NCBI GenBank assembly: GCA_951406725.2
Contig: OX597821.1
Span: 109,554,001-109,618,000, forward strand
Source of the DNA: Octopus vulgaris
Taxonomy: Eukaryota
Reading direction: 5' to 3'
Length of the DNA stretch: 64,000 nucleotides
How positions within the stretch are numbered: the first letter of the stretch is position 1; the number at the start of each line of letters is the position of its first letter. The notes beneath the pieces are model-generated. The model was not told the DNA's origin, made no database searches, and saw only the letters and a list, made by a program, of their open reading frames with translations. The position numbers and the translations under genes are program-made. This document shows positions 50,471 through 63,575 of this stretch, piece by piece.

Positions 50471-50802
50471 GGGTAAAGACCCCCTTCGGTCATGAATGAC
50501 CATGGGATTGCACCTAGAAAGTTACCCTCCTAGACACAAGTCCGGGCAAGGTTGTTTATGGAAGACCAGCAGTCGCCCATGCATACCAGCCTCCCCTCTC
50601 CACGCCACCAGTGTTATCCAAGGGAAAGACAAAGGTCGATACAGCTTGGCACCAGTGACGTCGCAACTCATTTCTACAGCTGAGTGAACTGGAGCAACGT
50701 GAAATAAAGTGCCTTGCTCAAGAACACAACACGCAGCCCGATCCGGGATTCGAGCTCACAACCTCACGATCGTAAGCTCGACGCTCTAACCACTGAGCCA
50801 TG
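50471..50802 (-). mobile_element. SINE family E (tRNA/CORE head, distinct tail) inserted in (ATGT)n
   Basis: Head TGGCTCAGTGGTTAGAGCG...GCTCGAATCCC, CORE-like TTCTTGAGCAAGGCACTTTA. Confidence 0.8.
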
Positions 50803-52024
50803 TATGTATAAATATATGTATAAATGTATATATGTATGTATGTATGAATGTATGTATAAATGTATGTATGTATAAATACATGTATGTATATGGGTGTTAT
50901 CTTGTGTCTGTGTTAGTACCCTCACCGCTTGATAACCGGTGTTGTGTTTACGTCCATGTAACTTAGCGGTCTCATAGAAGAATCCTGATATAATAAGTAC
51001 CAAAGTTAGAAAATTGGTGGTGGGGTCGACTTTTTCGACTAAACCCTTCAGTTCAAAGACAGAAACATGTAAACGATTTCAAAAAAAGGTTGAATAGTTT
51101 CCAGCGGTGGCGCTCCTGAAAAGTCATATTTCTTGCCATAGTTTGCCAGGGAATGCGACCAGTCTACTCGATTATTCTTCCCCTTCAGAATGGTAATGTA
51201 CGGTCAAGTGCATTGGTCGACAGACAGCGCTGAGTGTCAGATCTCTGCCAGAGAGAGAAAGAGAAAGACTGAGTGAGTGAGAGAGTGAGTGAGTGAAAGA
51301 GAGAGAGAAGAAGAAGAAGGAGGAGGAGGAGGAGTAGAAGGAGAAGAAGAAGAAAAGAAGAAGATGAAGAGGAGGAGGAGTAGAAGGAGAAGAAGAAACG
51401 AAGAAGAAGAAGAAGAAGAAGAGAGGGGTTGGAAAAAAGGTGAGTAAAAAGTTCTATTGGAAAAATGTCCTTGATAAAAGGCAACATTTTCGCGTGCAGG
51501 AATGTCTGCTCATGGTCATCGTCCGGCCATAGCCAACTATCAACGGCCATATATAGAATGTGTAGGCAAAAGTGAGACCGCCTGGACATTGACCAAAGGA
51601 ATGTGGGGTCTTCCTCCGGAGCGAACGCTGTAATTCGGTCAGACGGAACCTGACGTCAGACTCTGCATTAAGTGTAATATTGATAGTGGTGGTGTCAGGA
51701 GAGGAAAGGAGTGGTAAAGACAGAGAGAGAGAGAGGGAGAGGGAAGGAGGAAGGGAGAGAGAGAGAGAGGAAGAGGAAGGGAGCAAGGGAGGGACAGTGA
51801 AGGATTGGGAGAAGGCGCGAAGATGGAAGGTTAATCAAACGATCGAAATAAGTGGACCAGGAGAGAGACTTTTTCAAACATCCACAACAAAAACACACAA
51901 AGAATACAGAACAGGTATAATACACCTACAACATCGACAGCGACCAATGAAAACATTTATAACATTTACGACTTGGACGGCGATAGCAGAGAGCATAAGT
52001 ACGCAAGCAAATGACAAAAAAAAA

Positions 52025-52280
<256 letters not shown>

Positions 52281-52619
52281 TAGTGGGGGAGCATCATAGC
52301 CTTGTGTTGAGAGGGATTCTTTGGGGTTTGAATAATTCACCTCTGGAAACATGGGTGGTTCTTTCAACATCCTTAAACAACCCTTATTCAGGGACCTTTT
52401 GAGCGGGATGGGCTACTCAACCTGAAGAAATTTCTAACTGGGCCCCACCTGCAAGGTCATGTGCTGTTTATCTTGATATGAGATCACCATGTCGCGCACA
52501 TATGGTTGTGATGCATGTACCTAGTGTACCCTTATCAGACGGGTAGTCATGATGGGTATATTGGGCTTCGTATATTTTACCCCAGTGTCACTTTGATGGC
52601 ATGAACTGCTCTCTCACTC
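52281..52619 (+). mobile_element. Second, more 5'-truncated copy of the (TAA)n-associated element at 11661-12210
   Basis: Near identity to 11872-12210; followed by (TAA)n. Confidence 0.75.
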
Positions 52620-52667
<48 letters not shown>

Positions 52668-52680
52668 TATAATTATAATC

Positions 52681-53240
52681 CTTTACTTACTGGCCCCAAG
52701 GGCCAAACACAAGAACATATAGGGACAATACAAAGCAAGGGACAAGCTGGGTTCAAAATCAGAAAACGTATAAACAATAAAAACAGTTAACAACAGCAAC
52801 AAAAAAAAAGAAACAACAAAATTCCCTAATGGAGGGGATAGAGTTCCACCCAGGACCAACGAGGTACCCCAGACATGTTGGTCACCCCGACTTGCAAGGG
52901 CACGCCATGCACGTAGATACCGCTCTTCCCCTCAACTGCTCCGGTTTATTGGAGAGTATTCTGAGGAGGCCCGTTCACGCGAGCCTTTTTCGCAACATTT
53001 ACCCACCTTTTACGAGTAACAAGCTTACTGATGGTGCGAGACAGTCAGTACTCTCTACTGTCATTTTCCCTTTCAATTGCAATTTGAAAAAGTCGATGAG
53101 GGCTCAACTGAAGAGGAAAGTATCTGTCTTCACTTTTTTCAGCCTCGTCCACCACTCTACTTCTTTCGCTTAATAACAAGATACGATGTTGCGTGCTCCT
53201 CTGACCCATGAATAGTCAAGAAGGAAAGTGGAAAGTTAGA
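52681..53240 (-). pseudogene. Tx1/L1-like LINE ORF2 C-terminal remnant and 3' end
   Basis: Minus strand AKEVEWWTRLKKVKTDTFLFS*ALIDFFKLQLKGKMTVE...RWVNVAKKARVN; multiple lesions; family assigned from memory of the motif only. Confidence 0.45.
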
Positions 53241-53244
53241 TGGG

Positions 53245-53314
<70 letters not shown>

Positions 53315-53451
53315 TGTTTCTTTATTGGCCACACAGGGCTGCACACAGACGGGACAGATTACAAAGTAGAGCCTTTCTTTTTGGGGGAGAGAAAAAAAAA
53401 TATACAAAGGTGGGGTAGGTTTTCGATCAAAAGGGATCGTAAACGGGAAAG

Positions 53452-53543
<92 letters not shown>

Positions 53544-53545
<2 letters not shown>

Positions 53546-53848
53546 CAACCCGCTTAAGTGCGAAATAACCCGGCTATGGAAAATGAAGAAGGTGAAAATA
53601 GTGCCAATTATTGTTGGGTCCTTGGGAACAGTATCAGAAGGCACCAAAAGGAAATTGGAATAGCGTGTCCAGTAGAACTGTCACAAAAGATTTGCTCCCT
53701 TGGCACGGCCAGAATAGTCAGGGAAGTATCAAATAGCTGAAAAGAACGGTTAGCATGGTACCGTAGACTGCAGGTAGTAAGCCCGCTACACATGCAAAGA
53801 CTCCAGGAGCTCCAACAAAATCTGTGGGAAAGAGAAATGATAATAATG
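53544..53848 (+). pseudogene. R4/Dong-clade LINE C-terminus plus short 3'UTR
   Basis: YNPLKCEITRLWKMKKVKIVPIIVGSLGTVSEG, frameshift, KEIGIACPVELSQKICSLGTARIVREVSNS* (stop at 53740); ends at ATGATAATAAT. Confidence 0.8.
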
Positions 53849-54007
53849 GTTTCAAATTTTGGCACAAGGCCAGCAATTTCTGCCCAAGTACGCAACTGAT
53901 ACTTAATTTATCGACCCCAAAAGGATGAAAGACAAAGTCGACCTCTGCGGAATTTGAACTCAGGACGTAGCGACGGGCGAAATATCGGCGTCTGCCAGAT
54001 CGCCCCT

Positions 54008-54049
<42 letters not shown>

Positions 54050-54059
54050 CACTACCACT

Positions 54060-54103
<44 letters not shown>

Positions 54104-54500
54104 GAAGAAGAAGAAGAAGAAGAAGAAGAAGAAGAAGAAGAAGAAAAATAACAACAACAACAGCAATAACAATAATAAAGGTGAAAAACTGGTAGAATCG
54201 TTAGTACGGTGGACAGAATGCTTAGCGATATTTCGTCTGCCGTTACGTTCTGAGTTCAAATTCCGCTGAGGTCGACTTTGCCTTTCATCCTTTCGGGGAG
54301 GGGGGTCGATTAAATAAGTACCAGTTACGCACTGGGGGATCAATCTAATCGACTTAATCCGTTTGTCTGTCCTTGTTTGTTCCCTCAGTGTTTAACCACT
54401 TGTGGGTAGTAAAGCAATAGGTATTTTTGCCTGTCGCTACGTTCAGAGTTCAAATTCCATCCAGGTCGACTTTGTCTTTCATACTTTCATACTTTAAGTA
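53848..54500. mobile_element. SINE B (minus, 53848-54005) and SINE B (plus, 54178-54500) head-to-head across trinucleotide repeats
   Basis: Family motifs. Confidence 0.75.
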
Positions 54501-54725
54501 CCAGTGAAACACTAAACTCTGCAGATGTCCTTTTGTTCTTTTAATTCCGCTTTCGATCATTAAAACCACCAAAGTGAATCAGTCCTCATTGAACCTCATG
54601 TCAAGCACTCTGTGAACTCAACGTATAACTGGTTGTCGACGTAATGGACTAATACCGTCCCCACAAATTTGAGGCCTTGTGCTACGAGCAGAAATAATAA
54701 TAATAATAGTAGTAATAATAATAAT

Positions 54726-54761
<36 letters not shown>

Positions 54762-54763
54762 TC

Positions 54764-54813
<50 letters not shown>

Positions 54814-55249
54814 GTTATTATTATTATTATTGATGTTGTTGTTGTTATTAATATTATTATTGTTGTTGTTATTAATATTATTATAACAACGAAAACAAAG
54901 TGAATTTTAAAAAAAACACAAAGAGAAAGAAAAAAACCAAGAACAGAAAGGTAAACAAAAGCAAGCAATAAACCTAAACCCACGCCCTCTCCCATTATGC
55001 CCATCCCCACTGTAACTTGTTCGTCAACAATTTAGAAATTAACAAAGCTTTATTATTAATAACAAGTGAAAATATGTACAATTCATACAAAAAACCGCAA
55101 GGCATGTATAGTAGGTTTCCTTATATACATACATACAGACATACAAATGTATGTATACATATATTGTGTCTATTAACATGTTAAACGAACAAACGAATGG
55201 ATTTCAAATTTTACAGCCATTGTTTTGCTGAGAACCTTCATTTAAGATA

Positions 55250-55662
55250 AGAGCTAGCAGAAACGTTAGCACGCCGGGCGAAATGCTTAGCGGCATTTCG
55301 TCTGCCGCTACGTTCTGAGTTCAAATTCCACCGAGGTCGACTTTGCCTTTCATCCTTTCGGGGTCGATTAAATAAGTACCAGTTACGCACTGGGGGTCTA
55401 TATAGTCGACTTAATCCGTTTGTCTGTCCTTGTTTGTGCCTTCTGTGTTTAACCCCTTGTGGGTAGTAAAGAAATAGGTATTCCGTCTGCTGGTACGTTC
55501 TGAGTTCAAATTCCGCCGAGGTTGACATTACCTTTTATCCTTCCGGGGTCGATAAATTAAGTACCAGTTACGCACTGGGGTCGATGTAATTGACTTAATA
55601 CTTTTGTCTGTCCTTGTTTGTCCCCTCTGTGTGTTAGCCCCCTTGTGGGCAATAAAGAAATA
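55250..55662 (+). mobile_element. SINE family B dimer
   Basis: Full copy followed by a second body and tail. Confidence 0.85.
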
Positions 55663-56077
55663 AAAATCTTTATTTACTAAACGCATAATGTGGAGGCTTA
55701 ATGGCCTAGTGGTTATGACAGGGGATTCGCGGTCGTGGGATCGCGGTTTCGATTCCCAGGCCTAAAGCTCCATGAGGCTCCGGCAAAGTGACTAGCAAAC
55801 ATAATTTAAATATGCAAAATATCTATTAAAAGTCAGGCTACAATATGTGCTTGTTTGCTTGAGAGAAGAACAAAACTCTCCAAAACCACGTATCTCTCTA
55901 TATGTAAGCAGGCGCGGAGAATGTAGCAAATACATTTTGAAAAACGATTTTTCCAGTTTGTAAATATAGAAATGAGAGGATAGATATCCCAGTATCAATT
56001 GATTTCGCTTTCTATGTCGAAGTGACACTCAAAGCTTGTCAATTAGGCTTACTACGTAAACTATTTTTAAAGATATA

Positions 56078-57133
56078 TTGGGTTGTCTGGAAAGTTCGTG
56101 CCGATTTATAGTAGCTTACCTTTCGACTTATTTTAGTCCATAAAACAGGATTTGACAACACCGCCATTTAGAGCACATTTTAAGCTATATTTTCCTGGAA
56201 GTAAGTTTATGTTCCTATAATCTGTGTTAATTCTGTAACCCTTTAAAATAGAAGATAAGTAAGATCATTTTCGGCACTTGATGCTTTTCTTTTTCCGTAA
56301 AGGGGAAAATGCCTCACAAGCAACCAAAGAAATATGCACAGTTTACGGTGATGTTTCTTTATGCGAAAGAACTGTACGGAAGTGGTTCGCGAGGTTCCGA
56401 GCTAGAGATTGCAGCCTTATTGATAAATAGTGATCAGGCAGACCATCCACTACAGATGAAGACCAAATCAAGTCATTAATTGAGAATAACTCACATTGCA
56501 CAACCCGAGAATTGGCAGAAAGCCTCAACCTATCAAAATCCGTCGTTCATGAGCACCTGGTAAAGCTTGGGTACACAAATCGCTATGATGTTTGGGTGCC
56601 ATATATGTTGAGAGAGAAGAACCTTTTGGATCGCATTTCCATCTGTGATTCGCTTTATAAACGGAATGAAAACGCGCCTTTTTAAAAGCAAATTGTGACA
56701 GGTGATGAGAGATGGATTATCTACTGAAATGTTCAGAGAAAGCGATCCAGAATTCTGAGAAACGTCCAGAATTGGCCAACAGGAAGGGTGTAGTTTTCCA
56801 ACATGATAATGCAAAACACACGTTTCTTTAAGAACCAGACAAAAATTGCTGCAGCTTGGCTGGAATGTGTTACCCCACTCTCCATATTCACCAGATATTT
56901 CCACTTATTCAGGTTTCTGCAAAATTGTCTTAATGGTAAAAAGTTTCGATTCCTTGGATGACGTAAAAAGATACCTTGATGAATTCTTTGCCATAAAAAC
57001 ACATCAATTATGGGAAGAGGGTATTATGTGCAACAAAATGGTTCATATTTGGTTGATTAAAAATGTAATGGCAAGTATTTATTGATCTTTTTCTTTCCTT
57101 TAAAAATCGGCACGAACTTTCCGGACAACCCAA
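56078..57133 (+). mobile_element. Mariner transposon (mellifera-like), internally deleted, 1056 bp
   Basis: 30-bp TIR TTGGGTTGTC(T/C)GGAAAGTTCGTGCCGATTT; TA at 56076-56077 and 57134-57135. Confidence 0.93.
56248..57085 (+). pseudogene. Mariner transposase pseudogene
   Basis: HFRHLMLFFFRKGENASQATKEICTVYG...VRKWFARF...SGRP...WVPYML...IVTGDERWI...NRKGVVFQHDNA...LGWNVLPHSPYSPDI; several stops, frameshifts and a central deletion. Confidence 0.9.
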
Positions 57134-57201
57134 TATTTAACCTTCTTATATGCTTATATATCTACACTCACACACACGCTAAGATATTTATATATACACA
57201 T

Positions 57202-57670
57202 AGGCGCAGGCATAGCCGGTGTGATAGGAGACTTGCTTCCCAACCGTATTGTTCCGGGTTCATTCCCACTGCGTGGCACGTTCGGCAAGTGTCTTCTTCT
57301 ATAGCCTTGGGCAGCCCAAAGCCATATGAGTGGATTTGGGAGAAGAAAACTGAAACACGTCCGCCACATATGTGTGTGTGTGCGTATGTGTGTATGTGTG
57401 TGTGTGCGTGTGTGTGTGTGTATGTATGTATAGAGGCAGCGAGCTGGCAGAAACGTTAGCACGTCGGGCGAAATGCGTAGCCGTATTTCGTCTGTCGTTA
57501 CATTCTGAGTTCAAATTCCGCCGAAGTCGACTTTGCCTTTCATCCTTTCGGGCTCGATAAATTAAGTACCAGTTACGCACTGGGGGTCGATGTAATCGAC
57601 TTAATCCGTTTGTCTGTCCTTGATGTCTTCTCTGTGTTTAGCCTCATGTGGGTAGTAAAGAAATAGGTAT
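57202..57670 (+). mobile_element. SINE A 5' half (57202-57365) followed by full SINE B (57434-57670)
   Basis: Family motifs. Confidence 0.8.
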
Positions 57671-57709
57671 ATTTATATATATATGTTATTATTATTATTA
57701 TTATTATTG

Positions 57710-57950
57710 TTTTTACGTATTATTTTTGTATTCATATTCGTGTAACATCGTCCGTTTTTCTGTCCTTGTTTTGTATACATTCGAAGCTTTCTTCCAAGGA
57801 ATCTAATGCGCTTAGCTTAGGTTTTCCTTGAGGCTGGCGAGATTGGAGCAATCTCAAGATTAATCAGCCGAAATTGCGAGGATGATCCGGTTCTTGACTG
57901 AAGATTGAAGGCTTCGAATGTCCCGTCCGTGATTTTTGTATCGTCTTCTA
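57710..57950 (+). repeat. Unclassified repeat family X fragment
   Basis: Clearly similar to 4590-4830. Confidence 0.7.
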
Positions 57951-57968
57951 AATGAAAGAAGTTCGTCG

Positions 57969-58002
<34 letters not shown>

Positions 58003-58411
58003 GACGAACTTCTTTCAGTTTCCGTCTAGCAACTCCACTCAGAACGCTTTAGTTGACCTGAGTCTATAGTTAGAAGACACTTGCGCAAGGACTACCCAGT
58101 GGAACGGAACCCGGAACCATGTGGTTGGGAAGCAAACTTCTTACTACACAGCATTTATATCTGTGTACATGTATCTTTGTGTTTGCGTTTGACCCCCGCC
58201 ACCGTTTAACAACCGGTATTAGTGTGTTTACGTCCACGTATCATACTCGTTCGGTAAAAGCGTTCAATAGAATAATAACCAGGCCGCTGGTGTCGATTTA
58301 TTCGACGAAAAGTTCTTCAAGACGTGTGCTCCAGCATGGCTGCAGTCTGCTGACTCAAACAAGTGAAAGACAGACAGACAAACACCACACACACACATAT
58401 ATTATACGTGT

Positions 58412-59172
58412 ATTAGAAGAAATGAGGTACTCAGAAAATCGGATGGTTTATATTTACAGATATTTATTTGTATATTACATTTTTTATATATATCATATCA
58501 CTTAGATCATTAGCGCTTTCTCCCATCCTAGTGGGGTTTTCAAATCAAACTAAGTTCCTGTGTGAGGAGTTTTGACCGTTTTATAGAGTTTAAAACTCCT
58601 CACACAGGAACTTAGTTTGATTTGAAAACCCCACTAGAATGGGAGAAAGCGCTAATGATCTAAGTGATATGATATACTCTCTTTACTCTTTTACTTCTTT
58701 CAGTCATCTGACTGCGGCCATGCTGGAGCACCGCCTTTAGTCGAGCAAATCGACCCCGGGACTTATTCTTTGTAAGCCCAGTACTTATTCTATCGGTCTT
58801 TTTTGCCTAACCGCTAAGTTACGGGGATGTAAACACACCAGCATCGGTTGTCAAGCAATGCTAGGGGGACAAACACAGACACACATACACACACACATAT
58901 ATATATATATATATACATATATACGACAGGCTTCTTTCAGTTTCCGTCTACCAAATCCACTCACTTGGTCGGCCCGAGGCTATAGTAGAAGACACTTGCC
59001 CAAAGTGCCACGCAGTGGGACTGAACCCGGAACCATGTGGTTTGGTAAACAAGCTACTTACCACACAGCCACTCCTGCGCCTATATATATATATATATAT
59101 AAAATGTAATATACAAATAAATATCTGTAAACATAAACCATCCGATTTTCTGAGTACCTCATTTCTTCTAAT
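58412..59172. repeat. Large palindrome (arms ~160 bp) whose right arm is split by a SINE A insertion
   Basis: Inner arms 58489-58573/58592-58676 (1 mismatch); outer arms 58412-58488/59095-59172. Confidence 0.9.
58678..59082 (-). mobile_element. SINE family A, full length
   Basis: Near-consensus; lies in the (TA)n of the palindrome arm. Confidence 0.9.
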
Positions 59173-59355
59173 ATATAATACCTGTACATCATCTCCAAAC
59201 CTTCCAATATTATATGTGTATATATGTATCACACCCAATTCCAAAACATCTGACTCCCTTATTTCTGTCGCTTTGTATGTATATGATTGTGCGTGTTTCC
59301 TCATACACACACACACACACACACACACACATCCCCTCATTCCCCCTGTTTCCTA

Positions 59356-59386
<31 letters not shown>

Positions 59387-59619
59387 GTCGCTGTTGCTTA
59401 CTGCTTACGTTACTTTCTCTCCTTGAACACCCCAAATCTATCCGCTTATATCAACACCAACAACAGCTCCACATCAATCCATAAACACCATCTCTTCCCA
59501 CACCCGCACAGAGAAGGATACAAACAGGGGAAGAGAGAGAGAGAGAGTGTGTGGAAGAGAGAGAAAGAGAAAGACAGAGAGAAAAAGAGGGAGATAGAAA
59601 GAAACAGTGGAAACGAGAC

Positions 59620-59661
<42 letters not shown>

Positions 59662-60333
59662 TAAAATAGTTTTCAAATCACCGCCCTTACTCCAAGCACA
59701 AACAATAATAGTGAAAACAAAAAAAAAATATGTGTAAAAAAAAAACAAGGAAAGAAACCAAACGAGCCACCTTACACATATCCATACACCCCTACCACCC
59801 ACCACCCTCACAACCACTACCACCACCATCGTCGCCTCCGTCGCCTCCGCCGCCGCCGTCGGGTCTCCGCCGTATCTGAGCCGAGTCAGTGCGTGGTAGG
59901 CACGTCGCCCACCCGGTCTCACGGCAGGCCGGCGCCAGAATGTCTTTACCTGACCAATGTGTTATTGTTCACTTTATCTAATCAGGCACCTGCTTTGAAA
60001 ATCCCCCGAATATTGTCGCCGCCGCCGCCTCCTCCGCCGCTGTCGTTCTCGACGTCGTCGACATAAGAGACGTTTCCACTCACAAGGTGCATAGACATTG
60101 AGAAACGTACACATACACCCAAACTCACACACACACACACACACATACCTATATACATATATGTTTACAAATGCCTCTGTGTGTATTTGTGTGCAGAAGT
60201 GTGTGTATTATATACATATATTAATACACTGATATGCCACAATTCGATACACATGTACATACGCAATTACATATATTTACATACGTGCGAACCTAGATAT
60301 AAATATAGATACAGAAACACACATACACACACA

Positions 60334-60384
<51 letters not shown>

Positions 60385-60541
60385 CATACACACACACACA
60401 CACATATATATATATATGTAAACACAACATGCACACACATACACACATACAAATACATACCTACGAATATAGATGCAGAAATGACAGACAAGTACAGAAT
60501 CGCACACACATACAGACACAAACACAAACACATATAAAATA

Positions 60542-60702
60542 GGCGTGGCTGTGCGGTAAGAAGCTTGCTTACCAACCACATGGTTCCGGGTTCAGTCCCC
60601 ACTGCGTGGAACCTTGGGCAAGTGTCTTCTACAATAGCCTCGGGCCGACCAAAGACTTGTGAGTGGATCTGGTAGACAGAAATTGAAAGAAGCCCGTGGA
60701 GC

Positions 60703-60739
<37 letters not shown>

Positions 60740-61374
60740 TGAATTTGTCCGCCCACCACCGTGGCTTGACAACCGATGTTGGAGTGTTTACATCCCTGTA
60801 ACTTAGCGGTTCGGAAAAGACACCGATAAAATAAGTACTCGGCTTTCAAAGAATAAGTCCTGGGGTTGATTTGTTCGACTAAGGTTGGTGCTCCCGCATG
60901 GTCGCAGTCAAATGACTGAAACCTGTAAAAGAATAAAAGAATATATATATATATATATATATGCGCAGGAGTGGCTGTGTGGTAAGTAGCTTGTTTACCA
61001 ACCACATGGTTCCGGGTTCAGTCCCACTGCGTGGCATCTTCGGCAAGTGTCTTCTACTATAGCCTCGGGCCGACCAAAGCCTTGTGAGTGGATTTGGTAG
61101 ACGGAAACTGAAAGAAACCCGTCGTATATATGTATATATATATATATATATGTTTGTGTGTTTGTGTGTCTGTGTTTGTCCCCCTAGCATTGCTTGACAA
61201 CCGATGCTGGTGTGTTTATGTCCCCTTAACTTAGCGGTTCGACAAAAGAGCCCGATAGAATAAAGTACTGGGCTTACAAAGAATAAGTCCCGAGGTAGAG
61301 TTGCTCGATTAAAGGCGGTGCTCCAGCATGGCCGCAGTCAAATGACTGAAACAAGTAAAAGAAAGAAAGAAAGA

Positions 61375-61375
<1 letters not shown>
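60542..61375 (+). mobile_element. Two tandem full-length SINE A copies (60542-60942, 60963-61375)
   Basis: Family motifs. Confidence 0.9.
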
Positions 61376-61436
<61 letters not shown>

Positions 61437-62011
61437 GGAGTCTATTTGCACGCATAGACACGAACATATATATACAGAAACGTTGGTATGCACACACACA
61501 CATACACACAAACATGCATATATATATATATATATATATAGGTCACATGTGCGTGCGCGCATGCGTGTGTATGTGTGTGGGTGAATATTTTGCTGCGCGC
61601 GCGCGTATATATATGTTATGCATACCCAGGCACGGGTATGCCAGTATGTAGACACAATTCTAAGAGGTAGACTTTAATATAAATCACAGACGCAAATATT
61701 TTCGGCATATATATATGCCTCTGTGTGTATATAATATATCTGTATGTGTTTTGTGTGTGTGTGTGTGTGTATGTTTGTGTGTATGTGTGTGTTTGTGTTT
61801 GTGTGTCAGTGTTTCTGTGTGTGTGTGTGTGCATGTGTGTGTGTGTGTGTACTTGCGTGTATTTGTGTGTGTGTGTGTGTGTTTGTGTTGGTGTGTGTAC
61901 ATGCGTGTGTAAAAAGTGTATCGCTGCGCCTATCCAACACAACCATGATGGCAAATTTACCCAGACGCACACATACGTATACATAAGTATCTATACACAT
62001 TGCATGCTTAC

Positions 62012-62054
<43 letters not shown>

Positions 62055-62089
62055 GTACACACACACACACACACACGCACATACACATA

Positions 62090-62522
62090 CTCTTACTCTC
62101 TCTTTTACTCTTTTACTTGTTTCTGTCATTTGACTGCGGCCATACTGGAGCACCGCCTTTAGTCGAGTAAATCGACCCCGGGACTTATTTTTTGTAAGCC
62201 CAGTACTTATTCTATCGTTCCCTTTTGCCGAACCGCTAAGTGACAGGGACGTAAACACACCAGCATCGGTTTTCAAGCAATGCTAGGGGGACAAACACAG
62301 ACACATGTATATTCTTTTATTCTTTTGCTTGTTTCAGTCATTTTGACTGCGGCCTTGCTGGAGCACCGCCTTTAGTCGAGCAAATCGATCCAAGGACTTA
62401 TTCTTTGTAAGCTTAGTTAGTACTTATTCTATCAGTCACTGATACCGATCCGCAAAATTACGGGGACGTAAATACACCAACATCGGTTGTCAAGTGATGG
62501 TGGATGAGACAAACAGACACAC

Positions 62523-62607
<85 letters not shown>

Positions 62608-62608
62608 A

Positions 62609-62679
<71 letters not shown>

Positions 62680-62850
62680 ATAGATAGAAAGATAGATATA
62701 CATATATATGTACATATATAACTTAGAATAACTTAGAAAGGTTTTGGCCAGTATTGGCCCAGGCCATGTCTAACTTAATAGCACCACCTGGCAATATAAT
62801 ATATATATTCATATATATATATACACACACAGAGAAATATATATATATGC

Positions 62851-62936
<86 letters not shown>

Positions 62937-63110
62937 TTATATACGACGGACTTTTTTTAGTTTCCCTCTACCAAATTCACTCACAAGTCTTTGGTTGGCC
63001 CGAGGCTATAGTAGAAGACACTTGCCCAAGGTGCCAATACAGTGGGACTGAATTCGGAGCCATTTGGTTGGGAAGCAAGCTTCTTACCACAGAGCCACTC
63101 CTACAGCGCC

Positions 63111-63199
<89 letters not shown>

Positions 63200-63575
63200 G
63201 TTACTTTTTTCATTTATTGGACAGCGGCCATGCTTGTGTACGGACTTGAAGGGTTTTAGTTGAACGAATAGTCCGCAGTACAAATTCTTTTAAAAACCTG
63301 GTACTTATTCTGTTAAAACCTTTTGCCGTACTGCTAAGTTACGGGCACGTAAACAAACGAACACGGGTTTCCAATCAGTGGTGGGAAGAAAATCTGGACT
63401 ACACACACACATAGATACACGATAGTCTTCTTTAAGTTTCCGTCTACGAAATCCACCCACAAGGCTTTGGTCGGACGGAGGCTATAATAGAAGACACTTG
63501 CCCAAGGTTCCACGCAGTGGGACTGAACACGGAACGAAGTGATTGAGAGGCAAACTTCTTACCACAGTGCTACAC
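62090..63575 (-). mobile_element. Stack of SINE A copies and halves (62090-62305, 62310-62525, 62945-63110, 63200-63575)
   Basis: Family motifs, split at their internal microsatellites. Confidence 0.8.
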
